A DNA stretch of 64,000 nt, from positions 12,030 to 76,029 of the IMG/VR virus record IMGVR_UViG_3300034072_000373; one strand, written 5' to 3'. Positions 30,670 through 41,371 of this stretch are shown here, piece after piece; positions within the stretch are counted from its first letter, which is position 1, and each line of letters begins with the position of its first letter. Both the position numbers and the translations under genes were made by a program. This stretch comes from a virus. The notes beneath the pieces are model-generated. The model was not told the origin of the DNA. It ran no database searches and worked only from the letters and a program-made list of their open reading frames with translations.

Positions 30670-30991
30670 TGAATGCTCCCTCAGCCTGTGCCTTCAGTTC
30701 TGCTTCTTCGGTGCCAGCACGGAAATCTTCTTCCGACATACGGCCCAGAGGAACCAGATTGGTGATGATCACATCCATGATCTTTGGGTTGTTTGGGTTG
30801 CCCTGCATCTTCTGAAGGAACTGCACCTGAAGTGCCTGTTGGATACGGCCAACTGCCTTGAGATTGAAAACAGGATCATCATTGATGATGAGTGCATTGC
30901 TGTCCACTCGCTGAGCGAAGGTAGCCTCATCATCCACAAAGATGATGATGCCAGCAGCAATGAAATAGTTGTGTAGCTTCGTGTCGGTCAT
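30482..30991 (-). CDS. Hypothetical protein
   Basis: GGAG RBS; last ~62 codons overlap the next gene. Confidence 0.7.
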   Translation of the reverse strand: MTDTKLHNYFIAAGIIIFVDDEATFAQRVDSNALIINDDPVFNLKAVGRIQQALQVQFLQKMQGNPNNPKIMDVIITNLVPLGRMSEEDFRAGTEEAELKAQAEGAFNGTRSKASEVLSSDTGGNDGSVETGTGVSGSAGEAESTTGESVDGGDSAEAGEAGTSEGLTS

Positions 30992-31002
30992 TTAGATTCT
31001 CC

Positions 31003-31042
31003 AAAAGAAAAGGAACCAAGAGACATAATCCCTTGGTTCCTT
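31003..31042 (-). terminator. Terminator after the fibre genes
   Basis: AAGGAACCAAG...CTTGGTTCCTT plus T-rich tail on the - strand. Confidence 0.8.
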
Positions 31043-31061
31043 ACTTTCACTCTAATGTCTA

Positions 31062-34000
31062 TTAGAGCGGGTTTGCTAGGGTTTGTGATGAAGTCTGGGA
31101 ATAGATGAACCAAGTTGAGCCAGCAGCCCTACCTAGTGCTTCTTGTTCAGCCAGCTTCGTTGCAAACGCATTGTCTGCGATCACCTTAGCGTTCTGCATT
31201 TGTGTATCAGTGTAGCCCATACGAATGAGCGTATCTGGTGCAGCCAGAAGCAAGTCAGTTCCCTGACCGTCTCTGGAGTTTGACGTTGAACTGCCGGGAA
31301 GAGTGTATCTATCCCATGTAGCTGTATAACCGTCAGTCAACATGCGTGCTCTTGAGGCAGCATATGAATGTGGCAAGGCAGCTACGTCTGACATGTCATT
31401 AAGATTAGTCATCCAGTTCTGACGCCATACTGAAATGCTGTAATACTGATTATCAGCAGGTGGGATATCAAACCCATTGTTGATTCTCTGTCTTACACGC
31501 TCTGCATGTGCATCACACATGAAGTCGAACACTTCACCAGCAATAGAGCTTCTGGCTCTGATAGCTGCATCCATGCCATAGAACTTCATGGTGAACAGTG
31601 ATGCCAGCCAATAGCCAGCTTGGAATTCGGAGTAGCCTACGTCCTGATATGCTGCACCTGAAGTTTCATACTTCACTGCCATGCCAAAGACATTGCAGAC
31701 ATATGAGTCCAGCTTCAGAATATCAATTTCACCTTCAGTAAAGATATCTGAGGGTGGATTGAAATAGACATCACCATAGTTAGCTGCCCAACCTTCATAG
31801 TCAGCAACCAACCAATCCAAGATTTCACTACGGCTGTAGAGACGATCACTATTCTGTGAACCATAATGCCAAGCCAATGCAGCATGTTGGTGAACCCAAG
31901 CTGCTGATCGACCAGCCCATTCGGACTGATTGACATTGATGATTGCACTGGAACCGCCTGAATAGAGTCTGGTCTGATCGGTAAACTGATTACCCATCAT
32001 CGCAAATTCAGGAGTCTTGAACAGTGAACTACCCCAATATGGGAACTGATGCCCATGGAGTGAGTCGATACCAAACCCACCAAAATATGGATGAGTTGGA
32101 TCAACAGCCCAACGAATACCGTAAGTGTCAGGGGTTGCCCTCCAACGCATTGGGTATTCTTGGGTAATCCAGTCAGCACGATTATCCAACGATGCCATTG
32201 CATACCATGCACGTTCTGGTGGGGTGTATGATTCACCAGCACCATAATAGTGATAGCGCATTGAGATTGGTCGGGTTGGATTCCCCTTATACAGAGGCTT
32301 ACAACGACCATTCTCCACTGAGTGATATGGCTCAGAAGCATATGAAGTCAGATAGTCTAGTGCAATGTTAAGCAGAGGAGTCTGATCAACATGACGGACA
32401 CCATTCACATCCTGACAGTAGATTGCCACTGGTTCAGGAATTGCCTGACGCTCATTACGAGTGCCACCATTACCTGTCAGTGGTGATTTACCACAGATAT
32501 TGAATGGGGTGTATTTGAGCCAAAGCCCAGCATTAGGCTTAGTTGAATTACTGGTATAAGGACCAGTGACGGTATTACCGTATGGGTCAGTATTGTTGGG
32601 TGAATTAGCCCATTCAGTAATTGAACTGTAGCCTACCTCGAATGGCTCCCATGGCATGTTAAGCCAGTTACCATAACCATTCTGCTGGAAAGTCCCCATG
32701 ACTCTCGCATCACCACCATTCACTGAGAAACCAGTGTATGAGTTAAATGGGATACGAGCCTCAAACACAGGCATATTTTCATACACTTGGTTCTGAGTAT
32801 AGATTTGGGGATTACGATTTCTCCAAATGATAGAGCAACGAGCAGTGCCTTGTGGATACCACCAGTTACCTGTGTCTACCATTGGATTGGCTCGACCATC
32901 ATAGTCACCTTCCCAGACATTAGGAATGTCTAGGCCATTGAGTGGGCCACCATCTGGACGTTCGATAGTATCCAAGAGGTTATTATCTTTGTCGTAGATT
33001 TTCCACTTATGAGGAACCATGTAGGTATTCTTGCCCTGTGGATCACCAAATGGTGATTCAGGGACATTGATCCAGTAGACGAACTGGAAGACTGAGTATG
33101 TGCCCATACGGATACATTCACAGCCATAAGCCAGATCGCCAATGATTGGGACCGGACCCTTTGGAATACACTCAAACCATTTATAGTTCAGGCTATCGGC
33201 CTCAAACCGACAGTTCTGAGCTTGCGGTAGAGTCATGACCAATTCGTTTGGATGAGGAATCCCTACGCCAGTAGACCAGTCTTCGAGGACTGCCTTATAA
33301 GCGTCACCGGGTTCCACATCATACTCATCCACAATGACGGTGATGATCTTGTCTTCAACGTCTGTGGTATTGGTGATTGTCACAGGTGATGGGGCACGGA
33401 CAACATTGTCTGTAGCATCCACAACAAGGCGTGAAATTACCAATGGAGTGATTGAGCCTTCAGGAACAGTTTCATAGGTGTAGTCGATACCGGGGGTATC
33501 ATAGTCCACCTTCAGAGACTTGAACTTACAGACCCGTGCATCACTGAGATTGCCGATAGAACCATTGACCCAGATAGCCATGCTTGGCGTGATCTTTGGC
33601 CTATCATATGCTGTGACATCAACAGTGTTGATAAGCACATCATCAATAGTCAGTGTTACAGTTCTCGTGGTTCCATTGTCCGCATATTCCACGACATACT
33701 TATGAATGTCAGGGAGGAATGGGGCAAAGGTTGCGGGATCACAAAGCTGGATGCTTGTAAAATCAGCAGCAGTTTTGTTTCGTCCCATTTCTAGGACGAG
33801 AGTGTCACCTGTGCCACCAGCCCAACGATACTGAATGTTGAAACGATCTGAGGGATACTCATACATTTCAAACAGACGAACACCGTAGTTGATAATGGCA
33901 CCTGTCCACTCAACCCTGAACCTTGAAGGTGCAAAGGTAGTTGCTGGATCAGAGGTTTCCTGAAGCAAAATTCCAACCACATTTGCAAACATGGCAACAT

Positions 34001-35504
34001 CAGTATCCAGATTCACACACTGGTTTACTGAATCCCATGAAGCATTTGCAGCAGCAGCTTCACCCTGAACTGAGTTCGAGGTGTAATAGCCCAAAGGCAA
34101 GCTGTTACCGAAACCTTCAGTCATTGAATCAGGAACATGGCCTGTCCCAATAACCCCACCATCATTGGCCAGATTCCACAGACAGTTACGAGATAGAGTA
34201 ACGTCGAATGGGCGCTTCTCTCTCAAGTTAAATGCAGTGTCATCATAGGCAATGCTGTAGGACTTCCCTACTTCGGTGATAGCACCGAGAGGTAGGATAA
34301 GACCGGGAGCAACGTAGAGTGTATCAGGAGTATCAGCGTCTGCTGGATTCAGAACAACACTTGCACCCTGAGCCACTGTCCAAGCAGACCAACCTGCTGA
34401 ATTACCAGCCCGAACCTCACAACCGATTACATAATCGGTATCACCCTGAATGGGTGTGTAAGTGTTCTGATCAGCATTCAGAATAGGATTGGATGCTCTT
34501 GTCCAACGATACTCATACATAGTTGGGATTACATCCCATGAGCCATTGTTTACAGAGAGTTCTTCCCCATAAATAAATGAGCCTGAGATAGTTGGTGCAG
34601 TGACATTGACGGGGAAATCATCCGAAGGAATCTCTTCACCATCAACAACACCACCGCCTGTAGCAGCGACATAAGCACTGTTACCTGAAGCGTTAGTAGC
34701 TCTTACCTTGGCTCCAATTGTAGTGCCTTCATCAATTGCTAGAAGGTTATATGTGTTTCCGTTGGCTCCGGGAATATCAATCCCATTTCGAGTCCACTGA
34801 CGTGAGAACGAAGTAGGAGAGTTAGTCCATGTGCCTGTGGATACACTGATCGTCTGACCCACAACAAGTGAGCCAGAGATAGCAGGGGCAGAGAGATTTG
34901 CTGGAGCTTGAGGAACCGTCTCTGGATTGACGACACCCCCACCTGTGGCATTGACCCAGATGGATTCACCAGCAGCGTTTTCTGCACGAACCTTGGCACC
35001 AATCACACTGTCTACATCACTGTCGAGCAGTGTGTAGATCGTGGATGTTGCACCAATGATATCAACGCCACCAAGGGTCCACTGATAGTCGTAATCAGTG
35101 GGATTGCCTGTCCATGAACCAGTGGACACTGAGAGGGTAACACCCTCTGTCAGTGTGCCTGTGATTGCTGGAGCAGATACGAGAGTTGGAACCTGAGTGA
35201 CAGGGGGAAGCCCATCACTAGCAACACCAATGACGAGGTTTACACCTGCGTCATCAGTGGTTGCATACAGACCAATTCTCTTCTCTGGATCAGAGAATGG
35301 AAGCTGAATATCAACTTCATCCCCCAATTCAGAAGCTGGTGCATCAGTGATGACGGGAACCATCAGATAGGTTCCCGTCCCAATAGCTTCTGGACCCTCA
35401 ATTGCTGAGAGGTCCACAAGATGGAGTTTGCCTCCATCACCATCATTACCCTTGGGTCCGGGCGGACCCTGAATAGGTGTGCCAACAAGATCGACTTTGA
35501 TCAT
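31062..35504 (-). CDS. Large fibre/adhesin protein (1480 aa) with three Ig-like repeats
   Basis: Short GPPGPKG collagen motif; 3 repeats of P.I.G...LSV..G.W...PT...QWT...I.GA...Y...D...IG..VRA.N; large aromatic-rich C-terminal domain. Confidence 0.7.
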   Translation of the reverse strand: MIKVDLVGTPIQGPPGPKGNDGDGGKLHLVDLSAIEGPEAIGTGTYLMVPVITDAPASELGDEVDIQLPFSDPEKRIGLYATTDDAGVNLVIGVASDGLPPVTQVPTLVSAPAITGTLTEGVTLSVSTGSWTGNPTDYDYQWTLGGVDIIGATSTIYTLLDSDVDSVIGAKVRAENAAGESIWVNATGGGVVNPETVPQAPANLSAPAISGSLVVGQTISVSTGTWTNSPTSFSRQWTRNGIDIPGANGNTYNLLAIDEGTTIGAKVRATNASGNSAYVAATGGGVVDGEEIPSDDFPVNVTAPTISGSFIYGEELSVNNGSWDVIPTMYEYRWTRASNPILNADQNTYTPIQGDTDYVIGCEVRAGNSAGWSAWTVAQGASVVLNPADADTPDTLYVAPGLILPLGAITEVGKSYSIAYDDTAFNLREKRPFDVTLSRNCLWNLANDGGVIGTGHVPDSMTEGFGNSLPLGYYTSNSVQGEAAAANASWDSVNQCVNLDTDVAMFANVVGILLQETSDPATTFAPSRFRVEWTGAIINYGVRLFEMYEYPSDRFNIQYRWAGGTGDTLVLEMGRNKTAADFTSIQLCDPATFAPFLPDIHKYVVEYADNGTTRTVTLTIDDVLINTVDVTAYDRPKITPSMAIWVNGSIGNLSDARVCKFKSLKVDYDTPGIDYTYETVPEGSITPLVISRLVVDATDNVVRAPSPVTITNTTDVEDKIITVIVDEYDVEPGDAYKAVLEDWSTGVGIPHPNELVMTLPQAQNCRFEADSLNYKWFECIPKGPVPIIGDLAYGCECIRMGTYSVFQFVYWINVPESPFGDPQGKNTYMVPHKWKIYDKDNNLLDTIERPDGGPLNGLDIPNVWEGDYDGRANPMVDTGNWWYPQGTARCSIIWRNRNPQIYTQNQVYENMPVFEARIPFNSYTGFSVNGGDARVMGTFQQNGYGNWLNMPWEPFEVGYSSITEWANSPNNTDPYGNTVTGPYTSNSTKPNAGLWLKYTPFNICGKSPLTGNGGTRNERQAIPEPVAIYCQDVNGVRHVDQTPLLNIALDYLTSYASEPYHSVENGRCKPLYKGNPTRPISMRYHYYGAGESYTPPERAWYAMASLDNRADWITQEYPMRWRATPDTYGIRWAVDPTHPYFGGFGIDSLHGHQFPYWGSSLFKTPEFAMMGNQFTDQTRLYSGGSSAIINVNQSEWAGRSAAWVHQHAALAWHYGSQNSDRLYSRSEILDWLVADYEGWAANYGDVYFNPPSDIFTEGEIDILKLDSYVCNVFGMAVKYETSGAAYQDVGYSEFQAGYWLASLFTMKFYGMDAAIRARSSIAGEVFDFMCDAHAERVRQRINNGFDIPPADNQYYSISVWRQNWMTNLNDMSDVAALPHSYAASRARMLTDGYTATWDRYTLPGSSTSNSRDGQGTDLLLAAPDTLIRMGYTDTQMQNAKVIADNAFATKLAEQEALGRAAGSTWFIYSQTSSQTLANPL

Positions 35505-35516
35505 TTTCGTTATCCC

Positions 35517-37949
35517 TTACGCAGTTGCACGATTTGCGAAATTATCCACATACGGAGTGAAACCAGCTTCGATAGTGTTATTCGACAGAGTAACATCATC
35601 TACATACCAGTTTGTCACAAAGTTTGTGGGGAATGACCAACCGACAGGGTAATTCGCAAAGGATACCGTGTTGTCGCTAATCACCAGACCATCAGCCGAC
35701 CAGAGTTGGCCTTCAGGACTGATTGTGATTACAGTCAGAGCATTGTCCTTATAACGTCCTTGGATCAGGATGTTATTATCAATTACCCCTGTTGCACCAT
35801 TCGACAAGTCGATCAGATAGTTCACACCCTGACCGAACGTATCGTCAATGGAGCAATTCCGCATATTGATAGCTCTTGCACGGCACTTCACATAGTGACC
35901 ACCAGTGCCACGATCAAACTGGCAATTATCCAGTGTGAACGTGTTAATCTGCCCAATGTAAACACTATGAGCAGGACCACCTTCTGTGTAACCACAGCGG
36001 GTGAATCGGGTATTCTTGATTGTGATAAAGCTGTTGGCTCGATCACCACCAATGATTAGACCATTGTAACTATCTCTGAAGATGCAGTTCTCAACGAGCA
36101 GAGCATCAGATTCATGTCTGATACCAGCTTCATTGGTTTCATCACCCTTCATGTTGCGGAATTCGATATTGCGGACAACAGACTCTACACCACGAAGAAC
36201 GAGTGCAGCTTTCTGTTCAGCAATACCACCATCAAAGATGACAGGACCAAGGGTTGAACCTTGGTAAGTAATGGAGCCACCATTCTGAACCACGGAATCA
36301 CCATAGACACCGGGTTGAATTTCAATGGTTCCAGTCCCGTTACCAATTGCCCAAACAGCATCTGCGAGTGTGGCATATGAAGTGCCAGTCTCAAGGACAG
36401 TGAATGGGTTAGCTGGAGGGGGTGAGCCTTTGACACCATCAGGAACAATCAGAAGATAATTGGCTACACCGTCGATGGTGTAATCCAATCTCTGGTTCCC
36501 TCTATCTGTGGTCAGAGTTCTGGTATCGACATACAAGCTCTCAAAGGTAGCCTTCGAGATTGTCCCATTTGACACGGGAGCATAGCTGATTACTGGATCA
36601 AGCCGCTTATATGAAAGGCGAAGGTAATTGATTTCCAGATTGTCTACGGAAGTCAGATAGCTACCCAACACATTGTTTGAGTAAAGTGTGCTATTTGCGG
36701 TTACGTAAACTTTGGTTGCAGTAAGTTCAGTAATACCGAACTTCACACCATTCACATAGAATTCAACATGACCACCATCGCTTTCTGGATCATTGACCCA
36801 TTCAGCTTCGAGTAGCATTTCCCCTGTATGGGGATTGAATTGATTGATGAGGGTGGAAGGGGTATAAACAGTTTGTGTTACACCATTGGCGCTTAGTCTG
36901 AAGAACAGAGCCTTCGACCAGTGGATACCAAAGGTAGCTTCACAAACACCACTTTCACCAATGCCAAGAAGAATCGTAGTGCTATCTTGCTGATGGGCAT
37001 AGACCATAGCAGAGAAGCGGATTCTGGCTGGCATATCTGGTTGTGATGCTCCTGAGAATGCTAGTCCAGCAGCAGCGGATACAAGCCCTGAAGTCTTGGA
37101 GAGCACAACCTTATTCCCATTGTAGGTGGCTCCAGTGCCATCCACAGTGAGGGGAACAGATACCTCACCACCACTTGCAGCAAAGCTACCGCCAATGACG
37201 GAATTCCACTGAGTGGTGTAGGTGGGCTGTGACGTATCAACAACACGCTGAGCCAGAGTTACCCCTGACTCAAATGCAGTTGTGATGTTGATTGTGGGAT
37301 TGGCTGCCAAGACTGTCAGATTCAGCGGAGTGAGTTCACCACGATAAACATACAGAAATGGTAGATAGTCCCATTCAGGAAAGATGGAGGCAGGGTCTTG
37401 AAGGACACCACCACCAGTTGCAGCAACGGCTGGGCTTTCGCCTTCATCGTTGGTTGCATAAACATTCAGGCCAATGACCTTCAGTTTATCGTCTGTTGAT
37501 GTAGCATATGAAACACCAACAGCACCGGGAATTGCCACACCATCCAAAGTCCATTCATATCTGAATGATGTTGGATTATTGAGCCAAGTGCCATCGGTTG
37601 CTTTAAGGAGAGTCTCCCCAGCAATTAGCTGACCTTGGATCGTTGGTGGCACGGTATTGATAGGGGTGAGGACATCTCCATCAGAGATGCCTACCACCAC
37701 ATCAACCCCTTCAGTATTGGCATAGGCATACATAGCAATCCGCTTATTCAGATTGTTGTATGGAAGCTGTAGATCGACTTGATCGACCATGGCTTCATTT
37801 GGCACTGACCGAACTACTGGAACCAACAGATAAGACCCGGAGCCAATAGACCCCGGACCTGAAATGTCGGATAGATCGACCAGATGCACATATCCATCTT
37901 TGCCCTTTGGACCCTCTAGAGGAGTCCCCACTAGATCAAACTCAATCAT
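35517..37949 (-). CDS. Tail spike/fibre with Ig-like, lectin-like and right-handed beta-helix domains
   Basis: N-terminus paralogous to the 1480-aa protein; C-terminal VRNIEF, LVENCIF, IKNTRF, LDNCQF beta-helix rungs. Confidence 0.75.
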   Translation of the reverse strand: MIEFDLVGTPLEGPKGKDGYVHLVDLSDISGPGSIGSGSYLLVPVVRSVPNEAMVDQVDLQLPYNNLNKRIAMYAYANTEGVDVVVGISDGDVLTPINTVPPTIQGQLIAGETLLKATDGTWLNNPTSFRYEWTLDGVAIPGAVGVSYATSTDDKLKVIGLNVYATNDEGESPAVAATGGGVLQDPASIFPEWDYLPFLYVYRGELTPLNLTVLAANPTINITTAFESGVTLAQRVVDTSQPTYTTQWNSVIGGSFAASGGEVSVPLTVDGTGATYNGNKVVLSKTSGLVSAAAGLAFSGASQPDMPARIRFSAMVYAHQQDSTTILLGIGESGVCEATFGIHWSKALFFRLSANGVTQTVYTPSTLINQFNPHTGEMLLEAEWVNDPESDGGHVEFYVNGVKFGITELTATKVYVTANSTLYSNNVLGSYLTSVDNLEINYLRLSYKRLDPVISYAPVSNGTISKATFESLYVDTRTLTTDRGNQRLDYTIDGVANYLLIVPDGVKGSPPPANPFTVLETGTSYATLADAVWAIGNGTGTIEIQPGVYGDSVVQNGGSITYQGSTLGPVIFDGGIAEQKAALVLRGVESVVRNIEFRNMKGDETNEAGIRHESDALLVENCIFRDSYNGLIIGGDRANSFITIKNTRFTRCGYTEGGPAHSVYIGQINTFTLDNCQFDRGTGGHYVKCRARAINMRNCSIDDTFGQGVNYLIDLSNGATGVIDNNILIQGRYKDNALTVITISPEGQLWSADGLVISDNTVSFANYPVGWSFPTNFVTNWYVDDVTLSNNTIEAGFTPYVDNFANRATA

Positions 37950-38280
37950 GAGTTACCTCCGTTCTGAAGATGAAAGGGATGGTCTGAGTTCGAGTCTCAT
38001 ATCCACCCGGAGCAGTCAGAAGAATATCTAGATCGTTACGACCTAGAGGCCAGTCACCAGTTAGGTTGTGGTAAACCAATAGTGCTGTGTAATCTTCATT
38101 GACCCAATAGCAGGAGATATCTGCAATTGGTGGAGCACAGCCCCTGCTACGTTCTTTCCTCAGTTGAGCAGTGGGAACCCAATGCTCGAAGAATTTCGGA
38201 GAGAATCCCTCCGGCAATTCTAGAGAGAAAATGTATGCGAACGTATTCCCTCGTTTGAAAGTGATTGGTTTGGTGATCAA
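37942..38280 (-). CDS. Fibre adaptor/BppU-like small protein
   Basis: ITFKRGNTF...W..TAQLR..T..WP.G..DI pattern; TTG start after GGAGGT; precedes the fibre genes. Confidence 0.55.
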   Translation of the reverse strand: MITKPITFKRGNTFAYIFSLELPEGFSPKFFEHWVPTAQLRKERSRGCAPPIADISCYWVNEDYTALLVYHNLTGDWPLGRNDLDILLTAPGGYETRTQTIPFIFRTEVTHD

Positions 38281-38281
38281 C

Positions 38282-40876
38282 CTAACCTCCTGTGGCTTCT
38301 GATACGATTTCAACTATCTCTTCTTCTGATGCTCCATTGGGTATGGTGACTTCCTTTGACCAGTCTGGAAAACAGACAAAGAAGGTTCCACCCAGCTTCA
38401 CATCAGGATGATATATATCAGGATGGTTCTGCCACCTAGCTGCATTAACCAAATGCTCATTGGTGAACATAACCGCTTCAATATCATCTGGAATTAGGAA
38501 ATAGTTTGCATCATGAATTTGAGCACAAATCTTGATCTTATGTTTCCACTTGGACTTTCGCACTTTACCCATAAATTCTGAGCCAGCACGAGAGTTTAGT
38601 AGACACCAAGATTGTCCCAAAGCATTGCCTGCTGTTCTTCCTTCAGCTTGGGCTTGATAAGGTGTCTTGGAGGTTCCCCGTATTACCTGATGGAGCAACG
38701 GAGTTCTGACACGCAAACCAAATGCAGCAGTGATATAGCCCACCTTAGAGGCTTTATCTAGCTGAGTATCGACCCATGTATCACTAACCACATATAGTTC
38801 GTGATAACGCTGTTCGATCAGCTTTGCTTTCTCTTCAGTAAAACCACAATTCGCCATGAGGGTAACGTATGTGCCTGCATATGTCAGAGCAAAGGTAGGA
38901 ACCTTAGATTCCTGCCTCAAATGCTTATAAACATCTGCAATGCTATTGATGGACTTGACACAGTTTGGATCAATGCCAGTCATCTGATCCTTGAAGTAGG
39001 CATATGCACGGAGGCAATGGCCATCATACCCATCGGTATAGACCTTCAGCTTCATTGGGTCTTTGGTAGTCAGGGCAGAGATTCGATCCTCAAGAGAGTC
39101 GAAATCCAAGCCACAGAACAGCCAGCCCGGTGGAGCTTTGAAGCACTTCTTTAGAATCTTCGCATACTTGGTTCCTGTAGACGGTAGATTCTGTAGGTTA
39201 GGCTTACTGGAAGATAGTCTGCCTGATACAGTTCCACCGAGGTTGAAATTGCCGAATAGGTAATGCCAACCGTCTTTGCCTTTCTGAGCACCTTCCAATG
39301 CTGGAATGAATGTAGAGAGAATCTTCTCCACATCCTTATATGCTAACAGAGCATCAAGGAAATCTAGGATATCCTGATTGTCTGTATGCTTCTTCAGAGA
39401 CTTCAGGGTGTCAGCATCACAGCTTGGCGCTTTGCTATCTGTGTATGCAATGACAGGCAGTTGCAGGAACTCATAGAGAATTTCCTGAATCTGTGGCCCT
39501 GAATTGGGATTGAATGTCTCATTGAAGTCAGAGGCATAAACACGTTTCTTAACGTATTTCTTATTGGCCTTATAGGCCAAGTTATGATTGAGAATGTCCC
39601 TGTATTCTTTGATGATAAGGGAATTCTGAATCTTGGTAAGAGCTTCGTCGTAGTCTTTAGTCAAGGCTACCTTAGCTCTCTTCACTTCTTCCATATCGAC
39701 AGGCAGACCAGTCAACTGCATCTGAATAATGTCCACCATCGCTGGTTTGAAGACAGTATTGTAGATGTCGTTTTGCTGGTCATAGACCATGATGGGATGG
39801 TTCTTATTGAACACATACCATGTCGCTAGGCCGTCAGTGAGATTGTATGTGAGTAGTTGTCTCTTTGGTATCTTTGTAATGTCATTGATTTCGTCTTGTG
39901 CGTAATTTCCTGCATATTCATGAGCCAATGTCTTCAGAGACAGATCATTCCCTGCACAGCTATTGGTTGCAAGATAGCTGATTAGCTTCGTGCAATCCCA
40001 ATAGGTGAGTAGAATTTTCAGACCTTCATGCAGACCTTCTTGGTCAAGTAGGTCATCCATGAATAACTGATAGATCAAAGCATAAGCATCGTAAGCGATG
40101 TTATGATAGATGATCGTCCGTTTCTGCTTATACATTGCTATAAGGAAGTCTTTTAGATACTTCCTGATGATGAGGTTCTTACGATTTACACCGTAATCAT
40201 CATCACCCTTCGCATGGTAATCAACAGGAAAGGCAATTCCTTCATGTTGGTTCCAGCAAAGAGTTACGGTTCCAATCCCACAAGACCAATGCTTCAGTGA
40301 GAAGCCTTCAATGTCCAGTGTGATAGCACCTTTCATAGCTAGGATATTATCCAGCCATGCTTTGATCTCCTTTGGAGAATCAGGATATGCAGCAACCTTA
40401 ATGATGTCACTGCCCAAGGCTTTGTAATTACTTTCCATGGTTCCCTGAAGGGCATCCATGGCAACCTTGATCTGGTGAGTCACCTTTTCAGGATTGTAAA
40501 ACATAGCTTGGTAATTGGGGATGTAGAACACCTTTTGCTTACCAAACTGACTATCCACAGGATAACCAATAAATGGTTCTGCTTTGGACTGTTTGGTATA
40601 TGCTTTGAAGTATTCCGAATCCCCACAGAGAATATACTCTACACCGCAATCATCTAATACATCTTGGAGTTCTTGCGTGATATACTCACGCATTTCCGCC
40701 ATTGGTGTCTTCTTCTTGCCGGGGGCTTGGAACAGGTCAATGACTACGAAGTCTGACCTGTCCAGAGTTCGATTAACAAAATATGCTTTTGCTATTTCCT
40801 CTGTTTTGATTTTGGGAACCAAGATGGCAACTTTGTATTTGCCATCCTCTACATCAGAGAAAATATCATATCTCAT
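38282..40876 (-). CDS. DNA polymerase, family A (N4 gp39-like)
   Basis: Exonuclease LDIEG, YHN..YD, YN.TD; polymerase GTVSGRLSSSKPNLQN, DFDSLE, RQESK..TFALTY, QIHDA. Confidence 0.95.
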   Translation of the reverse strand: MRYDIFSDVEDGKYKVAILVPKIKTEEIAKAYFVNRTLDRSDFVVIDLFQAPGKKKTPMAEMREYITQELQDVLDDCGVEYILCGDSEYFKAYTKQSKAEPFIGYPVDSQFGKQKVFYIPNYQAMFYNPEKVTHQIKVAMDALQGTMESNYKALGSDIIKVAAYPDSPKEIKAWLDNILAMKGAITLDIEGFSLKHWSCGIGTVTLCWNQHEGIAFPVDYHAKGDDDYGVNRKNLIIRKYLKDFLIAMYKQKRTIIYHNIAYDAYALIYQLFMDDLLDQEGLHEGLKILLTYWDCTKLISYLATNSCAGNDLSLKTLAHEYAGNYAQDEINDITKIPKRQLLTYNLTDGLATWYVFNKNHPIMVYDQQNDIYNTVFKPAMVDIIQMQLTGLPVDMEEVKRAKVALTKDYDEALTKIQNSLIIKEYRDILNHNLAYKANKKYVKKRVYASDFNETFNPNSGPQIQEILYEFLQLPVIAYTDSKAPSCDADTLKSLKKHTDNQDILDFLDALLAYKDVEKILSTFIPALEGAQKGKDGWHYLFGNFNLGGTVSGRLSSSKPNLQNLPSTGTKYAKILKKCFKAPPGWLFCGLDFDSLEDRISALTTKDPMKLKVYTDGYDGHCLRAYAYFKDQMTGIDPNCVKSINSIADVYKHLRQESKVPTFALTYAGTYVTLMANCGFTEEKAKLIEQRYHELYVVSDTWVDTQLDKASKVGYITAAFGLRVRTPLLHQVIRGTSKTPYQAQAEGRTAGNALGQSWCLLNSRAGSEFMGKVRKSKWKHKIKICAQIHDANYFLIPDDIEAVMFTNEHLVNAARWQNHPDIYHPDVKLGGTFFVCFPDWSKEVTIPNGASEEEIVEIVSEATGG

Positions 40877-41364
40877 ACAATCAACCTCAATGCCGAGTAA
40901 TATTCGATTAGCTCCATTCCTTGGACAATATCGTCAGGTATCGGTGGCTCAACGATAGAGCGTGATAGAGACGATATTTCCTTGGGGAAGCAATCCACTA
41001 TACAGTCAGGAGAGTAATCACGGAAGGCTTGATAATTCCCACAGTGTTTCAATCTGATGGATAGGGTCTGTTTGCAGACTTGATAATCTGCATCCAATCT
41101 CTCTTCTTTTTTGACGAGAAAGTGGAATTTTTCCGCCATTTCCTCTGGAACATGATGGAAAACTCTTTTACCTCTAGGCATATTCTTGAGGGTATATCTA
41201 TGACCCTCTGCAAAAATGGCACTGCACTCTAGTCCCAGATACCTCTTAGCTTCTGAGACATATCTGTCTGCATCGTCCTTCAGCCCTTGCTGTTGGACGG
41301 AGAATAGCTTCTCTAATGCAGACAGAATGAATGCAGTGGACCATTGAGTTCTGATGACCTTCAT
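40873..41364 (-). CDS. Hypothetical protein
   Basis: ORF between helicase and polymerase with ATGA overlap. Confidence 0.65.
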   Translation of the reverse strand: MKVIRTQWSTAFILSALEKLFSVQQQGLKDDADRYVSEAKRYLGLECSAIFAEGHRYTLKNMPRGKRVFHHVPEEMAEKFHFLVKKEERLDADYQVCKQTLSIRLKHCGNYQAFRDYSPDCIVDCFPKEISSLSRSIVEPPIPDDIVQGMELIEYYSALRLIV

Positions 41365-41371
41365 GGTTCAC

